From contig OZ249436.1 of the NCBI GenBank assembly GCA_965235115.1, positions 15,130,001-15,194,000 of the forward strand: a stretch of 64,000 bases of DNA, given 5' to 3'. The number at the start of each line of letters is the position of its first letter. The first letter of the stretch is position 1. Under the pieces are notes generated by a model. The model was given only the letters and a program-made list of their open reading frames with translations. It made no database searches and was not told the origin of the DNA. The translations under genes were made by a program, and so were the position numbers. Source of the DNA: Laetmonice hystrix (taxonomy: Eukaryota). Below are positions 40,101 to 55,100 of the stretch, piece after piece.

Positions 40101-43100
40101 CACTGCCACCTTCCGGCTACCGGTGGAATCACGACGTATACCTGGCACGGCTTCCAGGCACCTGTGGCGCTTAGGGGAGAGACAGGTTTCTGCAATGATA
40201 AGTGAAAAATGGCCTCATTTTTGATACGTCAATTTGAAACTACGCCCCCGAAATTATGATTGTTAGGCCAAATCTATAAATGTCAAACCTATTGGTCTCG
40301 TACGTTCGCTACAGATAAATAGTTGTGATATGTATATTTCGCATTTGAGTATCTTCTCCACATTTTAACATTAGATGCTCCTCGCCTGTATATTTTATTT
40401 CCACTACCTCACTTTACTGTTTGCATGGGTAGTAGGCCAGCTGGTAAGATGTACGGATTCCTCACTGTACTGTTTGGCCTCCTATACTGCTTTGCCTCAC
40501 TGTCCTCTTTGGCCTCACTGTAGTGTTTGCTTGGGTACTAGGCCAGGCAGTACCTTGTGGGGATTCCTCACTCTACTGTTTGGCCTTCCTGTACTCTTTG
40601 GCCTCACTCTACTGCTTGCTTGTATACAACCGTAGCCAGTAGTATACGGATGCCTCATGTTTCATGTTTGCATGCCTTTATTGTCCAGGAGGCAGGCCAT
40701 ACGTTTCGTCTATCATTTACTCCCATCTCATCTGTGTCCCCTACAGACCATCTGTAAGGGTCCGACAACGTTGTCAGGTAGTGCCAATGGCTGTTTGCCG
40801 AAAAAGTTTATTTAACAATGGCAAATGACGTTGTACGCCTTTCCTATATCAGATACCCAATCCCCAAGTAAAAAAACGATTACAGAGATGTTGCAGGCAA
40901 CCGCCAGGGTGCTGTGCTGGAGCGGCGGCTCCAACTGCACTGCCACCTTCCGGCTACCGGTGGAATCACCACGTATACCTGGCCGGGCTGCCAGGCACCT
41001 GTGGCGCTTAGGGGAGAGACAGGTTTCTGCAATGATAAGCGAAAAATGTTCTCATTTTTGATACGTCAATTTGAAACTACGCCCCCGAAATTATGATTGT
41101 TAGGCCAGATATATAAATGTCAAACGTATACGTCTCGTACGTTCGCTACAGATAAATGGTTGTGATATGTATACTTCCCGTTTGAATATCTTCTCCAAAT
41201 TTTAACATTAGATGCTCCTCGCCTGTACCTTTCATTTCCACTACGTCACTGTATGGTTTGCATGGGTAGTAGGCCAGCTGGTAAGATGTACGGACTCTTC
41301 ACTGTACTGTTTGGCCTCCCATTCTGCTTGGCCTCACAGTATACTGTTTGGCCTCACTGTAGTGTTTGCTTGGGGACTAGGCCAGGCAGTACCTTGTGGG
41401 GATTCCTCACTGTACTGTTTGGCCTTCTTGTACTCTTTGGCCTCACTCTACTGCTTGCTTGTATACAACCATAGCCAGTAGTATACGGATGCCTCATGTT
41501 TCATGTTTGCATGCCTTTATTGTCCAGGAGGCAGGCCATACGTTTCGTCAATCATTTACTCCCATCTCATCTGTGTCCCCTACAGACCATCTGTAAGGGT
41601 CCGACAACGTTGTCAGGTAGTGCCAATGGCTGTTTGCCGTAAAGGTTTAATTATCAATGGCAAATGACGTTCTACGCCTTTCCTATATCAGATACCCAAT
41701 CCCCAAGTAAAAAAACGATTACAGAGATGTTGCAGGCAACCGCCAGGGTGCTGTGCTGGAGCGGCGGCTCCAACTGCACTGCCACCTTCCGGCTACCGGT
41801 GGAATCACCACGTATACCTGGCCGGGCTGCCAGGCACCTGTGGCGCTTAGGGGAGAGACAGGTTTCTGCAATGATAAGCGAAAAATGTCCTCATTTTTGA
41901 TACGTCAATTTGAAACTACGCCCCCGAAATTATTATTGTTAGGCCAGATGTATAAATGTCAAACCTATTGGTCTCGTACGTTCGCTACAGATAAATGGTT
42001 GTGATATGTATACTTCCCGTTTGAGTATCTTTTCCAAATTTTAACATTAGATGCTCCTCGCCTGTACCTTTCATTTCCACTACGTCACTGTACTGTTTGC
42101 ATGGGTAGTAGGCCAGCTTGTAAGATGTACGGACTCTTCACTGTACTGTTTGGCCTCCCATTCTGCTTGGCCTAACGGTATAGAATCTACTGTTTGGCCT
42201 CCCTGTACTGTTTGGCCTCACTGTAGTGTTTGCTTGGGTACTAGGCCAGCCAGTACCTTGTGGGGATTCCTCACTGTACTGTTTGGCCTTCCTGTACTCT
42301 TTGGCCTCACTCTACTGCTTGCTTGTATACAACCGTAGCCAGTAGTATACGGATGCCTCTTGTTTCATGTTTGCATGCCTTTATTGTCCAGGAGGCAGGC
42401 CATACGTTTCGTCTATCATTTACTCCCATCTCATCTGTGTCCCCTACAGACCATCTGTAAGTGTTCGACAACGTTGTCAGGTAGTGCCAATGGCTGTTTG
42501 CCGTAAAGGTTTAATTAACAATGGCAAATGACGTTCTACGCCTTTCCTATATCAGATATCCCATCACCAAGTGAAAAACGATTACAGAGATGTTGCAGGC
42601 AACCGCCAGGGTGCTGTGCTGAAGCGGTGGCTCCGACTGCACTGCCACCTTCCGGCTACCGGTGGAATCACCACGTATACCTGGCCCGGCTTCCAGGCAC
42701 CTGTGGCGCTTAGGGGAGAGACAGGTTTCTGCAATGATAAGCGAAAAATGGCCGCATTTTTGATACGTCAATTTGAAACTACGCCCCCGAAATTATGATT
42801 GTTAGGCCAGATGTATAAATGTCAAACCTATTGGTCTCGTACGTTCGCTACAGATAAATGGTTGTGATATGTATACTTCCCGTTTGAGTATCTTGTTCAA
42901 ATTTTAACATTAGATGCTCCTCGCATGTACCTTTCATTTCCACTGCGTCACTGTACTGTTTGCATGGGTAGTAGGCCAGCTTGTAAGATGTACGGACTCT
43001 TCACTGTGCTGTTTGGCCTCCCATTCTGCTTCGCCTCACAGTATACTGCTTTGCCTCACTGTTCCGTTTGGCCTCACTGTAGTGTTTGCTTGGGTACTAG

Positions 43101-46100
43101 GCCAGGCAGTACCTTGTGGGGATTCCTCACTCTACTGTTTGGCCTTCCTGTACTCTTTGGCCTCACTCTACTGCTTGCTTGTATACAACCGTAGCCAGTA
43201 GTGTACGGATGCCTCATGTTTCATGTTTGCATGCCTTTGTTGTCCAGGAGGCAGGCCATACGTTTCGTCTATCATTTACTCCCATCTCATCTGTGTCCCC
43301 TACAGACCATCTGTAAGGGTCCGACAACGTTGTCAGGTAGTGCCAATGGCTGTTTGCCGTAAAGGTTTAATTAACAATGGCAAATGACGTTCTACGCCTT
43401 TCCTATATCAGATATCCCATCACCAAGTGAAAAACGATTACAGAGATGTTGCAGACAACCGCCAGGGTGCTGTGCTGACGCGGTGACTCCGACTGCACTG
43501 CCACCTTCCGGCTGCCGGTGGAATCACGACGTATACCTGGCACGGCTTCCAGGCACCTGTGGCGCTTAGGGGAGAGACAGGTTTCTGCAATGATAAGTGA
43601 AAAATGGCCTCATTTTTGATACGTCAATTTGAAACTACGCCCCCGAAATTATGATTGTTAGGCCAGATCTATAAATGTCAAACCTATTGGTCTCGTACGT
43701 TCGCTACAGATAAATAGTTGTGATATGTATATTTCGCATTTGAGTATCTTCTCCACATTTTAACATTAGATGCTCCTCGCCTGTATATTTCATTTCCACT
43801 ACCTCACTTTACTGTTTGCATGGGTAGTAGGCCAGCTGCTAAGATGTACGGATTCCTCACTGTACTGTTTGGCCTCCTATACTGCTTTGCCTCACTGTCC
43901 TCTTTGGCCTCACTGTAGTGTTTGCTTGGGTACTAGGCCAGGCAGTACCTTGTGGGGATTCCTCACTCTACTGTTTGGCCTTCCTGTACTCTTTGGCCTC
44001 ACTCTACTGCTTGCTTGTATACAACCGTAGCCAGTAGTATACGGATGCCTCATGTTTCATGTTTGCATGCCTTTATTGTCCAGGAGGCAGGCCATACGTT
44101 TCGTCTATCATTTACTCCCATCTCATCTGTGTCCCCTACAGACCATCTGTAAGGGTCCGACAACGTTGTCAGGTAGTGCCAATGGCTGTTTGCCGAAAAA
44201 GTTTATTTAACAATGGCAAATGACGTTGTACGCCTTTCCTATATCAGATACCCAATCCCCAAGTAAAAAAACGATTACAGAGATGTTGCAGGCAACCGCC
44301 AGGGTGCTGTGCTGGAGCGGCGGCTCCAACTGCACTGCCACCTTCCGGCTACCGGTGGAATCACCACGTATACCTGGCCGGGCTGCCAGGCACCTGTGGC
44401 GCTTAGGGGAGAGACAGGTTTCTGCAATGATAAGCGAAAAATGTTCTCATTTTTGATACGTCAATTTGAAACTACGCCCCCGAAATTATGATTGTTAGGC
44501 CAGATATATAAATGTCAAACGTATACGTCTCGTACGTTCGCTACAGATAAATGGTTGTGATATGTATACTTCCCGGTTGAATATCTTCTCCAAATTTTAA
44601 CATTAGATGCTCCTCGCCTGTACCTTTCATTTCCACTACGTCACTGTATGGTTTGCATGGGTAGTAGGCCAGCTGGTAAGATGTACGGACTCTTCACTGT
44701 ACTGTTTGGCCTCCCATTCTGCTTGGCCTCACAGTATACTGTTTGGCCTCACTGTAGTGTTTGCTTGGGTACTAGGCCAGGCAGTACCTTGTGGGGATTC
44801 CTCACTGTACTGTTTGGCCTTCTTGTACTCTTTGGCCTCACTCTACTGCTTGCTTGTATACAACCATAGCCAGTAGTATACGGATGCCTCATGTTTCATG
44901 TTTGCATGCCTTTATTGTCCAGGAGGCAGGCCATACGTTTCGTCAATCATTTACTCCCATCTCATCTGTGTCCCCTACAGACCATCTGTAAGGGTCCGAC
45001 AACGTTGTCAGGTAGTGCCAATGGCTGTTTGCCGTAAAGGTTTAATTATCAATGGCAAATGACGTTCTACGCCTTTCCTATATCAGATACCCAATCCCCA
45101 AGTAAAAAAACGATTACAGAGATGTTGCAGGCAACCGCCAGGGTGCTGTGCTGGAGCGGCGGCTCCAACTGCACTGCCACCTTCCGGCTACCGGTGGAAT
45201 CACCACGTATACCTGGCCGGGCTGCCAGGCACCTGTGGCGCTTAGGGGAGAGACAGGTTTCTGCAATGATAAGCGAAAAATGTCCTCATTTTTGATACGT
45301 CAATTTGAAACTACGCCCCCGAAATTATGATTGTTAGGCCAGATGTATAAATGTCAAACCTATTGGTCTCGTACGTTCGCTACAGATAAATGGTTGTGAT
45401 ATGTATACTTCCCGTTTGAGTATCTTTTCCAAATTTTAACATTAGATGCTCCTCGCCTGTACCTTTCATTTCCACTACGTCACTGTACTGTTTGCATGGG
45501 TAGTAGGCCAGCTTGTAAGATCTACGGACTCTTCACTGTACTGTTTGGCCTCCCATTCTGCTTGGCCTAACGGTATAGAATCTACTGTTTGGCCTCCCTG
45601 TACTGTTTGGCCTCACTGTAGTGTTTGCTTGGGTACTAGGCCAGCCAGTACCTTGTGGGGATTCCTCACTGTACTGTTTGGCCTTCCTGTACTCTTTGGC
45701 CTCACTCTACTGCTTGCTTGTATACAACCGTAGCCAGTAGTATACGGATGCCTCTTGTTTCATGTTTGCATGCCTTTATTGTCCAGGAGGCAGGCCATAC
45801 GTTTCGTCTATCATTTACTCCCATCTCATCTGTGTCCCCTACAGACCATCTGTAAGCGTCCGACAACGTTGTCAGGTAGTGCCAATGGCTGTTTGCCGAA
45901 AAAGTTTATTTAACAATGGCAAATGACGTTGTACGCCTTTCCTATATCAGATACCCCATCCCCAAGTAAAAAACGATTACAGAGATATTGCAGGCAACCG
46001 CCAGGGTGCTGTGCTGAAGCGGCGGCTCCAACTGCACTGCCACCTTCCGGCTACCGGTGGAATCACCACGTATACCTGGCCGGGCTGCCAGGCACCTGTG

Positions 46101-49100
46101 GCGCTTAGGGGAGAGACAGGTTTCTGCAATGATAAGCGAAAAATGTCCTCATTTTTGATACGTCAATTTGAAACTGCGCCCCCGAAATTATGATTGTTAG
46201 GCCAGATGTATAAATGTCAAACCTATTGGTCTCGTACGTTCGCTACAGATAAATGGTTGTGATATGTATACTTCCCGTTTGAGTATCTTGTCCAAATTTT
46301 AACATTATATGCTCCTCGCCTGTACCTTTCATTTCCACTGCGTCACTGTACTGTTTGCATGGGTAGTAGGCCAGCTTGTAAGATGTAGGGACTCTTCACT
46401 GTGCTGTTTGGCCTCCCATTCTGCTTCGCCTCACAGTATACTGTTTGGCCTCACTGTACTGTTTGGCCTCACTGTAGTGTTTGCTTGGGTACTAGGCCAG
46501 GCAGTACCTTGTGGGGATTCCTCACTGTACTGTTTGGCCTTCCTGTACTCTTTGGCCTCACTCTACTGCTTGCTTGTATACAACCGTAGCCAGTAGTGTA
46601 CGGATGCCTCATGTTTCATGTTTGCATGCCTTTATTGTCCAGGAGGCAGGCCATACGTTTCGTCTATCATTTACTCCCATCTCATCTGTGTCCCCTACAG
46701 ACCATCTGTAAGTGTTCGACAACGTTGTCAGGTAGTGCCAATGGCTGTTTGCCGTAAAGGTTTAATTAACAATGGCAAATGACGTTCTACGCCTTTCCTA
46801 TATCAGATAACGAAAAACGATTACAGAGATGTTGCAGACAACCGCCAGGGTGCTGTGCTGACGCGGTGACTCCGACTGCACTGCCACCTTCCGGCTACCG
46901 GTGGAATCACCACGTATACCTGGCACGGCTTCCAGGCACCTGTGGCGCTTAGGTGAGAGACAGGTTTCTGCAATGATAAGTGAAAAATGGCCTCATTTTT
47001 GATACGTCAATTTGAAACTACGCCCCCGAAATTATGATTGTTAGGCCAGATCTATAAATGTCAAACCTATTGGTCTCGTACGTTCGCTACAGATAAATAG
47101 TTGTGATATGTATATTTCGCATTTGAGTATCTTCTCCACATTTTAACATTAGATGCTCCTCGCCTGTACCTTTCATTTCCACTACGTCACTGTACTGTTT
47201 GCATGGGTAGTAGGCCAGCTTGTAAGATCTACGGACTCTTCACTGTACTGTTTGGCCTCCCATTCTGCTTGGCCTAACGGTATAGAATCTACTGTTTGGC
47301 CTCCCTGTACTGTTTGGCCTCACTGTAGTGTTTGCTTGGGTACTAGGCCAGCCAGTACCTTGTGGGGATTCCTCACTGTACTGTTTGGCCTTCCTGTACT
47401 CTTTGGCCTCACTCTACTGCTTGCTTGTATACAACCGTAGCCAGTAGTATACGGATGCCTCTTGTTTCATGTTTGCATGCCTTTATTGTCCAGGAGGCAG
47501 GCCATACGTTTCGTCTATCATTTACTCCCATCTCATCTGTGTCCCCTACAGACCATCTGTAAGCGTCCGACAACGTTGTCAGGTAGTGCCAATGGCTGTT
47601 TGCCGAAAAAGTTTATTTAACAATGGCAAATGACGTTGTACGCCTTTCCTATATCAGATACCCCATCCCCAAGTAAAAAACGATTACAGAGATATTGCAG
47701 GCAACCGCCAGGGTGCTGTGCTGAAGCGGCGGCTCCAACTGCACTGCCACCTTCCGGCTACCGGTGGAATCACCACGTATACCTGGCCGGGCTGCCAGGC
47801 ACCTGTGGCGCTTAGGGGAGAGACAGGTTTCTGCAATGATAAGCGAAAAATGTCCTCATTTTTGATACGTCAATTTGAAACTGCGCCCCCGAAATTATGA
47901 TTGTTAGGCCAGATGTATAAATGTCAAACCTATTGGTCTCGTACGTTCGCTACAGATAAATGGTTGTGATATGTATACTTCCCGTTTGAGTATCTTGTCC
48001 AAATTTTAACATTATATGCTCCTCGCCTGTACCTTTCATTTCCACTGCGTCACTGTACTGTTTGCATGGGTAGTAGGCCAGCTTGTAAGATGTAGGGACT
48101 CTTCACTGTGCTGTTTGGCCTCCCATTCTGCTTCGCCTCACAGTATACTGTTTGGCCTCACTGTACTGTTTGGCCTCACTGTAGTGTTTGCTTGGGTACT
48201 AGGCCAGGCAGTACCTTGTGGGGATTCCTCACTGTACTGTTTGGCCTTCCTGTACTCTTTGGCCTCACTCTACTGCTTGCTTGTATACAACCGTAGCCAG
48301 TAGTGTACGGATGCCTCATGTTTCATGTTTGCATGCCTTTATTGTCCAGGAGGCAGGCCATACGTTTCGTCTATCATTTACTCCCATCTCATCTGTGTCC
48401 TCTACAGACCATCTGTAAGTGTTCGACAACGTTGTCAGGTAGTGCCAATGGCTGTTTGCCGTAAAGGTTTAATTAACAATGGCAAATGACGTTCTACGCC
48501 TTTCCTATATCAGATAACGAAAAACGATTACAGAGATGTTGCAGACAACCGCCAGGGTGCTGTGCTGACGCGGTGACTCCGACTGCACTGCCACCTTCCG
48601 GCTACCGGTGGAATCACCACGTATACCTGGCACGGCTTCCAGGCACCTGTGGCGCTTAGGTGAGAGACAGGTTTCTGCAATGATAAGTGAAAAATGGCCT
48701 CATTTTTGATACGTCAATTTGAAACTACGCCCCCGAAATTATGATTGTTAGGCCAGATCTATAAATGTCAAACCTATTGGTCTCGTACGTTCGCTACAGA
48801 TAAATAGTTGTGATATGTATATTTCGCATTTGAGTATCTTCTCCACATTTTAACATTAGATGCTCCTCGCCTGTATATTTCATTTCCACTACCTCACTTT
48901 ACTGTTTGCATGGGTAGTAGGCCAGCTGGTAAGATGTACGGATTCCTCACTGTACTGTTTGGCCCCCTATACTGCTTTGCCTCACTGTCCTCTTTGGCCT
49001 CACTGTAGTGTTTGCTTGGGTACTAGGCCAGGCAGTACCTTGTGGGGATTCCTCACTGTACTGTTTGGCCTTCTTGTACTCTTTGGCCTCACTCTACTGC

Positions 49101-52100
49101 TTGCTTGTATACAACCATAGCCAGTAGTATACGGATGCCTCATGTTTCATGTTTGCATGCCTTTATTGTCCAGGAGGCAGGCCATACGTTTCGTCAATCA
49201 TTTACTCCCATCTCATCTGTGTCCCCTACAGACCATCTGTAAGGGTCCGACAACGTTGTCAGGTAGTGCCAATGGCTGTTTGCCGTAAAGGTTTAATTAT
49301 CAATGGCAAATGACGTTCTACGCCTTTCCTATATCAGATACCCAATCCCCAAGTAAAAAAACGATTACAGAGATGTTGCAGGCAACCGCCAGGGTGCTGT
49401 GCTGGAGCGGCGGCTCCAACTGCACTGCCACCTTCCGGCTACCGGTGGAATCACCACGTATACCTGGCCGGGCTGCCAGGCACCTGTGGCGCTTAGGGGA
49501 GAGACAGGTTTCTGCAATGATAAGCGAAAAATGTCCTCATTTTTGATACGTCAATTTGAAACTACGCCCCCGAAATTATGATTGTTAGGCCAGATCTATA
49601 AATGTCAAACCTATTGGTCTCGTACGTTCGCTACAGATAAATGGTTGTGATATGTATACTTCCCGTTTGAGTATCTTTTCCAAATTTTAACATTAGATGC
49701 TCCTCGCCTGTACCTTTCATTTCCACTACGTCACTGTACTGTTTGCATGGGTAGTAGGCCAGCTTGTAAGATGTACGGACTCTTCACTGTACTGTTTGGC
49801 CTCCCATTCTGCTTTGCCTAACGGTATAGAATCTACTGTTTGGCCTCCCTGTACTGTTTGGCCTCACTGTAGTGTTTGCTTGGGTACTAGACCAGCCAGT
49901 ACCTTGTGGGGATTCCTCACTGTACTGTTTGGCCTTCCTGTACTCTTTGGCCTCACTCTACTGCTTGCTTGTATACAACCGTAGCCAGTAGTATACGGAT
50001 GCCTCTTGTTTCATGTTTGCATGCCTTTATTGTCCAGGAGGCAGGCCATACGTTTCGTCTATCATTTACTCCCATCTCATCTGTGTCCCCTACAGACCAT
50101 CTGTAAGCGTCCGACAACGTTGTCAGGTAGTGCCAATGGCTGTTTGCCGAAAAAGTTTATTTAACAATGGCAAATGACGTTGTACGCCTTTCCTATATCA
50201 GATACCCCATCCCCAAGTAAAAAACGATTACAGAGATATTGCAGGCAACCGCCAGGGTGCTGTGCTGAAGCGGCGGCTCCAACTGCACTGCCACCTTCCG
50301 GCTACCGGTGGAATCACCACGTATACCTGGCCGGGCTGCCAGGCACCTGTGGCGCTTAGGGGAGAGACAGGTTTCTGCAATGATAAGCGAAAAATGTCCT
50401 CATTTTTGACACGTCAATTTGAAACTGCGCCTCCGAAATTATGATTGTTAGGCCAGATGTATAAATGTCAAACCTATTGGTCTCGTACGTTCGCTACAGA
50501 TAAATGGTTGTGATATGTATACTTCCCGTTTGAGTATCTTGTCCAAATTTTAACATTATATGCTCCTCGCCTGTACCTTTCATTTACACTGCGTCACTGT
50601 ACTGTTTGCATGGGTAGTAGGCCAGCTTGTAAGATGTACGGACTCTTCACTGTGCTGTTTGGCCTCCCATTCTGCTTCGCCTCACAGTATACTGTTTGGC
50701 CTCACTGTACTGTTTGGCCTCACTGTAGTGTTTGCTTGGGTACTAGGCCAGGCAGTACCTTGTGGGGATTCCTCACTGTACTGTTTGGCCTTCATGTACT
50801 CTTTGGCCTCACTCTACTGCTTGCTTGTATACAACCGTAGCCAGTAGTGTACGGATGCCTCATGTTTCATGTTTGCATGCCTTTATTGTCCAGGAGGCAG
50901 GCCATACGTTTCGTCTATCATTTACTCCCATATCATCTGTGTCCCCTACAGACCATCTGTAAGTGTTCGACAACGTTGTCAGGTAGTGCCAATGGCTGTT
51001 TGCCGTAAAGGTTTAATTAACAATGGCAAATGACGTTCTACGCCTTTCCTATATCAGATATCCCATCACCAAGTGAAAAACGATTACAGAGATGTTGCAG
51101 GCAACCGCCAGGGTGCTGTGCTGAAGCGGTGGCTCCGACTGCACTGCCACCTTCCGGCTACCGGTGGAATCACCACGTATACCTGGCCCGGCTTCCAGGC
51201 ACCTGTGGCGCTTAGGGGAGAGACAGGTTTCTGCAATGATAAGCGAAAAATGGCCGCATTTTTGATACGTCAATTTGAAACTACGCCCCCGAAATTATGA
51301 TTGTTAGGCCAGATGTATAAATGTCAAACCTATTGGTCTCGTACGTTCGCTACAGATAAATGGTTGTGATATGTATACTTCCCGTTTGAGTATCTTGTTC
51401 AAATTTTAACATTAGATGCTCCTCGCATGTACCTTTCATTTCCACTGCGTCACTGTACTGTTTGCATGGGTAGTAGGCCAGCTTGTAAGATGTACGGACT
51501 CTTCACTGTGCTGTTTGGCCTCCCATTCTGCTTCGCCTCACAGTATACTGCTTTGCCTCACTGTTCTGTTTGGCCTCACTGTAGTGTTTGCTTGGGTACT
51601 AGGCCAGGCAGTACCTTGTGGGGATTCCTCACTCTACTGTTTGGCCTTCCTGTACTCTTTGGCCTCACTCTACTGCTTGCTTGTATAGAACCGTAGCCAG
51701 TAGTGTACGGATGCCTCATGTTTCATGTTTGCATGCCTTTGTTGTCCAGGAGGCAGGCCATACGTTTCGTCTATCATTTACTCCCATCTCATCTGTGTCC
51801 CCTACGGACCATCTGTAAGGGTCCGACAACGTTGTCAGGTAGTGCCAATGGCTGTTTGCCGTAAAGGTTTAATTAACAATGGCAAATGACGTTCTACGCC
51901 TTTCCTATATCAGATATCCCATCACCAAGTGAAAAACGATTACAGAGATGTTGCAGACAACCGCCAGGGTGCTGTGCTGACGCGGTGACTCCGACTGCAC
52001 TGCCACCTTCCGGCTACCGGTGGAATCACGACGTATACCTGGCACGGCTTCCAGGCACCTGTGGCGCTTAGGGGAGAGACAGGTTTCTGCAATGATAAGT

Positions 52101-55100
52101 GAAAAATGGCCTCATTTTTGATACGTCAATTTGAAACTACGCCCCCGAAATTATGATTGTTAGGCCAAATCTATAAATGTCAAACCTATTGGTCTCGTAC
52201 GTTCGCTACAGATAAATAGTTGTGATATGTATATTTCGCATTTGAGTATCTTCTCCACATTTTAACATTAGATGCTCCTCGCCTGTATATTTTATTTCCA
52301 CTACCTCACTTTACTGTTTGCATGGGTAGTAGGCCAGCTGGTAAGATGTACGGATTCCTCACTGTACTGTTTGGCCTCCTATACTGCTTTGCCTCACTGT
52401 CCTCTTTGGCCTCACTGTAGTGTTTGCTTGGGTACTAGGCCAGGCAGTACCTTGTGGGGATTCCTCACTCTACTGTTTGGCCTTCCTGTACTCTTTGGCC
52501 TCACTCTACTGCTTGCTTGTATACAACCGTAGCCAGTAGTATACGGATGCCTCATGTTTCATGTTTGCATGCCTTTATTGTCCAGGAGGCAGGCCATACG
52601 TTTCGTCTATCATTTACTCCCATCTCATCTGTGTCCCCTACAGACCATCTGTAAGGGTCCGACAACGTTGTCAGGTAGTGCCAATGGCTGTTTGCCGAAA
52701 AAGTTTATTTAACAATGGCAAATGACGTTGTACGCCTTTCCTATATCAGATACCCAATCCCCAAGTAAAAAAACGATTACAGAGATGTTGCAGGCAACCG
52801 CCAGGGTGCTGTGCTGGAGCGGCGGCTCCAACTGCACTGCCACCTTCCGGCTACCGGTGGAATCACCACGTATACCTGGCCGGGCTGCCAGGCACCTGTG
52901 GCGCTTAGGGGAGAGACAGGTTTCTGCAATGATAAGCGAAAAATGTTCTCATTTTTGATACGTCAATTTGAAACTACGCCCCCGAAATTATGATTGTTAG
53001 GCCAGATATATAAATGTCAAACGTATACGTCTCGTACGTTCGCTACAGATAAATGGTTGTGATATGTATACTTCCCGTTTGAATATCTTCTCCAAATTTT
53101 AACATTAGATGCTCCTCGCCTGTACCTTTCATTTCCACTACGTCACTGTATGGTTTGCATGGGTAGTAGGCCAGCTGGTAAGATGTACGGACTCTTCACT
53201 GTACTGTTTGGCCTCCCATTCTGCTTGGCCTCACAGTATACTGTTTGGCCTCACTGTAGTGTTTGCTTGGGGACTAGGCCAGGCAGTACCTTGTGGGGAT
53301 TCCTCACTGTACTGTTTGGCCTTCTTGTACTCTTTGGCCTCACTCTACTGCTTGCTTGTATACAACCATAGCCAGTAGTATACGGATGCCTCATGTTTCA
53401 TGTTTGCATGCCTTTATTGTCCAGGAGGCAGGCCATACGTTTCGTCAATCATTTACTCCCATCTCATCTGTGTCCCCTACAGACCATCTGTAAGGGTCCG
53501 ACAACGTTGTCAGGTAGTGCCAATGGCTGTTTGCCGTAAAGGTTTAATTATCAATGGCAAATGACGTTCTACGCCTTTCCTATATCAGATACCCAATCCC
53601 CAAGTAAAAAAACGATTACAGAGATGTTGCAGGCAACCGCCAGGGTGCTGTGCTGGAGCGGCGGCTCCAACTGCACTGCCACCTTCCGGCTACCGGTGGA
53701 ATCACCACGTATACCTGGCCGGGCTGCCAGGCACCTGTGGCGCTTAGGGGAGAGACAGGTTTCTGCAATGATAAGCGAAAAATGTCCTCATTTTTGATAC
53801 GTCAATTTGAAACTACGCCCCCGAAATTATTATTGTTAGGCCAGATGTATAAATGTCAAACCTATTGGTCTCGTACGTTCGCTACAGATAAATGGTTGTG
53901 ATATGTATACTTCCCGTTTGAGTATCTTTTCCAAATTTTAACATTAGATGCTCCTCGCCTGTACCTTTCATTTCCACTACGTCACTGTACTGTTTGCATG
54001 GGTAGTAGGCCAGCTTGTAAGATGTACGGACTCTTCACTGTACTGTTTGGCCTCCCATTCTGCTTGGCCTAACGGTATAGAATCTACTGTTTGGCCTCCC
54101 TGTACTGTTTGGCCTCACTGTAGTGTTTGCTTGGGTACTAGGCCAGCCAGTACCTTGTGGGGATTCCTCACTGTACTGTTTGGCCTTCCTGTACTCTTTG
54201 GCCTCACTCTACTGCTTGCTTGTATACAACCGTAGCCAGTAGTATACGGATGCCTCTTGTTTCATGTTTGCATGCCTTTATTGTCCAGGAGGCAGGCCAT
54301 ACGTTTCGTCTATCATTTACTCCCATCTCATCTGTGTCCCCTACAGACCATCTGTAAGTGTTCGACAACGTTGTCAGGTAGTGCCAATGGCTGTTTGCCG
54401 TAAAGGTTTAATTAACAATGGCAAATGACGTTCTACGCCTTTCCTATATCAGATATCCCATCACCAAGTGAAAAACGATTACAGAGATGTTGCAGGCAAC
54501 CGCCAGGGTGCTGTGCTGAAGCGGTGGCTCCGACTGCACTGCCACCTTCCGGCTACCGGTGGAATCACCACGTATACCTGGCCCGGCTTCCAGGCACCTG
54601 TGGCGCTTAGGGGAGAGACAGGTTTCTGCAATGATAAGCGAAAAATGGCCGCATTTTTGATACGTCAATTTGAAACTACGCCCCCGAAATTATGATTGTT
54701 AGGCCAGATGTATAAATGTCAAACCTATTGGTCTCGTACGTTCGCTACAGATAAATGGTTGTGATATGTATACTTCCCGTTTGAGTATCTTGTTCAAATT
54801 TTAACATTAGATGCTCCTCGCATGTACCTTTCATTTCCACTGCGTCACTGTACTGTTTGCATGGGTAGTAGGCCAGCTTGTAAGATGTACGGACTCTTCA
54901 CTGTGCTGTTTGGCCTCCCATTCTGCTTCGCCTCACAGTATACTGCTTTGCCTCACTGTTCCGTTTGGCCTCACTGTAGTGTTTGCTTGGGTACTAGGCC
55001 AGGCAGTACCTTGTGGGGATTCCTCACTCTACTGTTTGGCCTTCCTGTACTCTTTGGCCTCACTCTACTGCTTGCTTGTATACAACCGTAGCCAGTAGTG

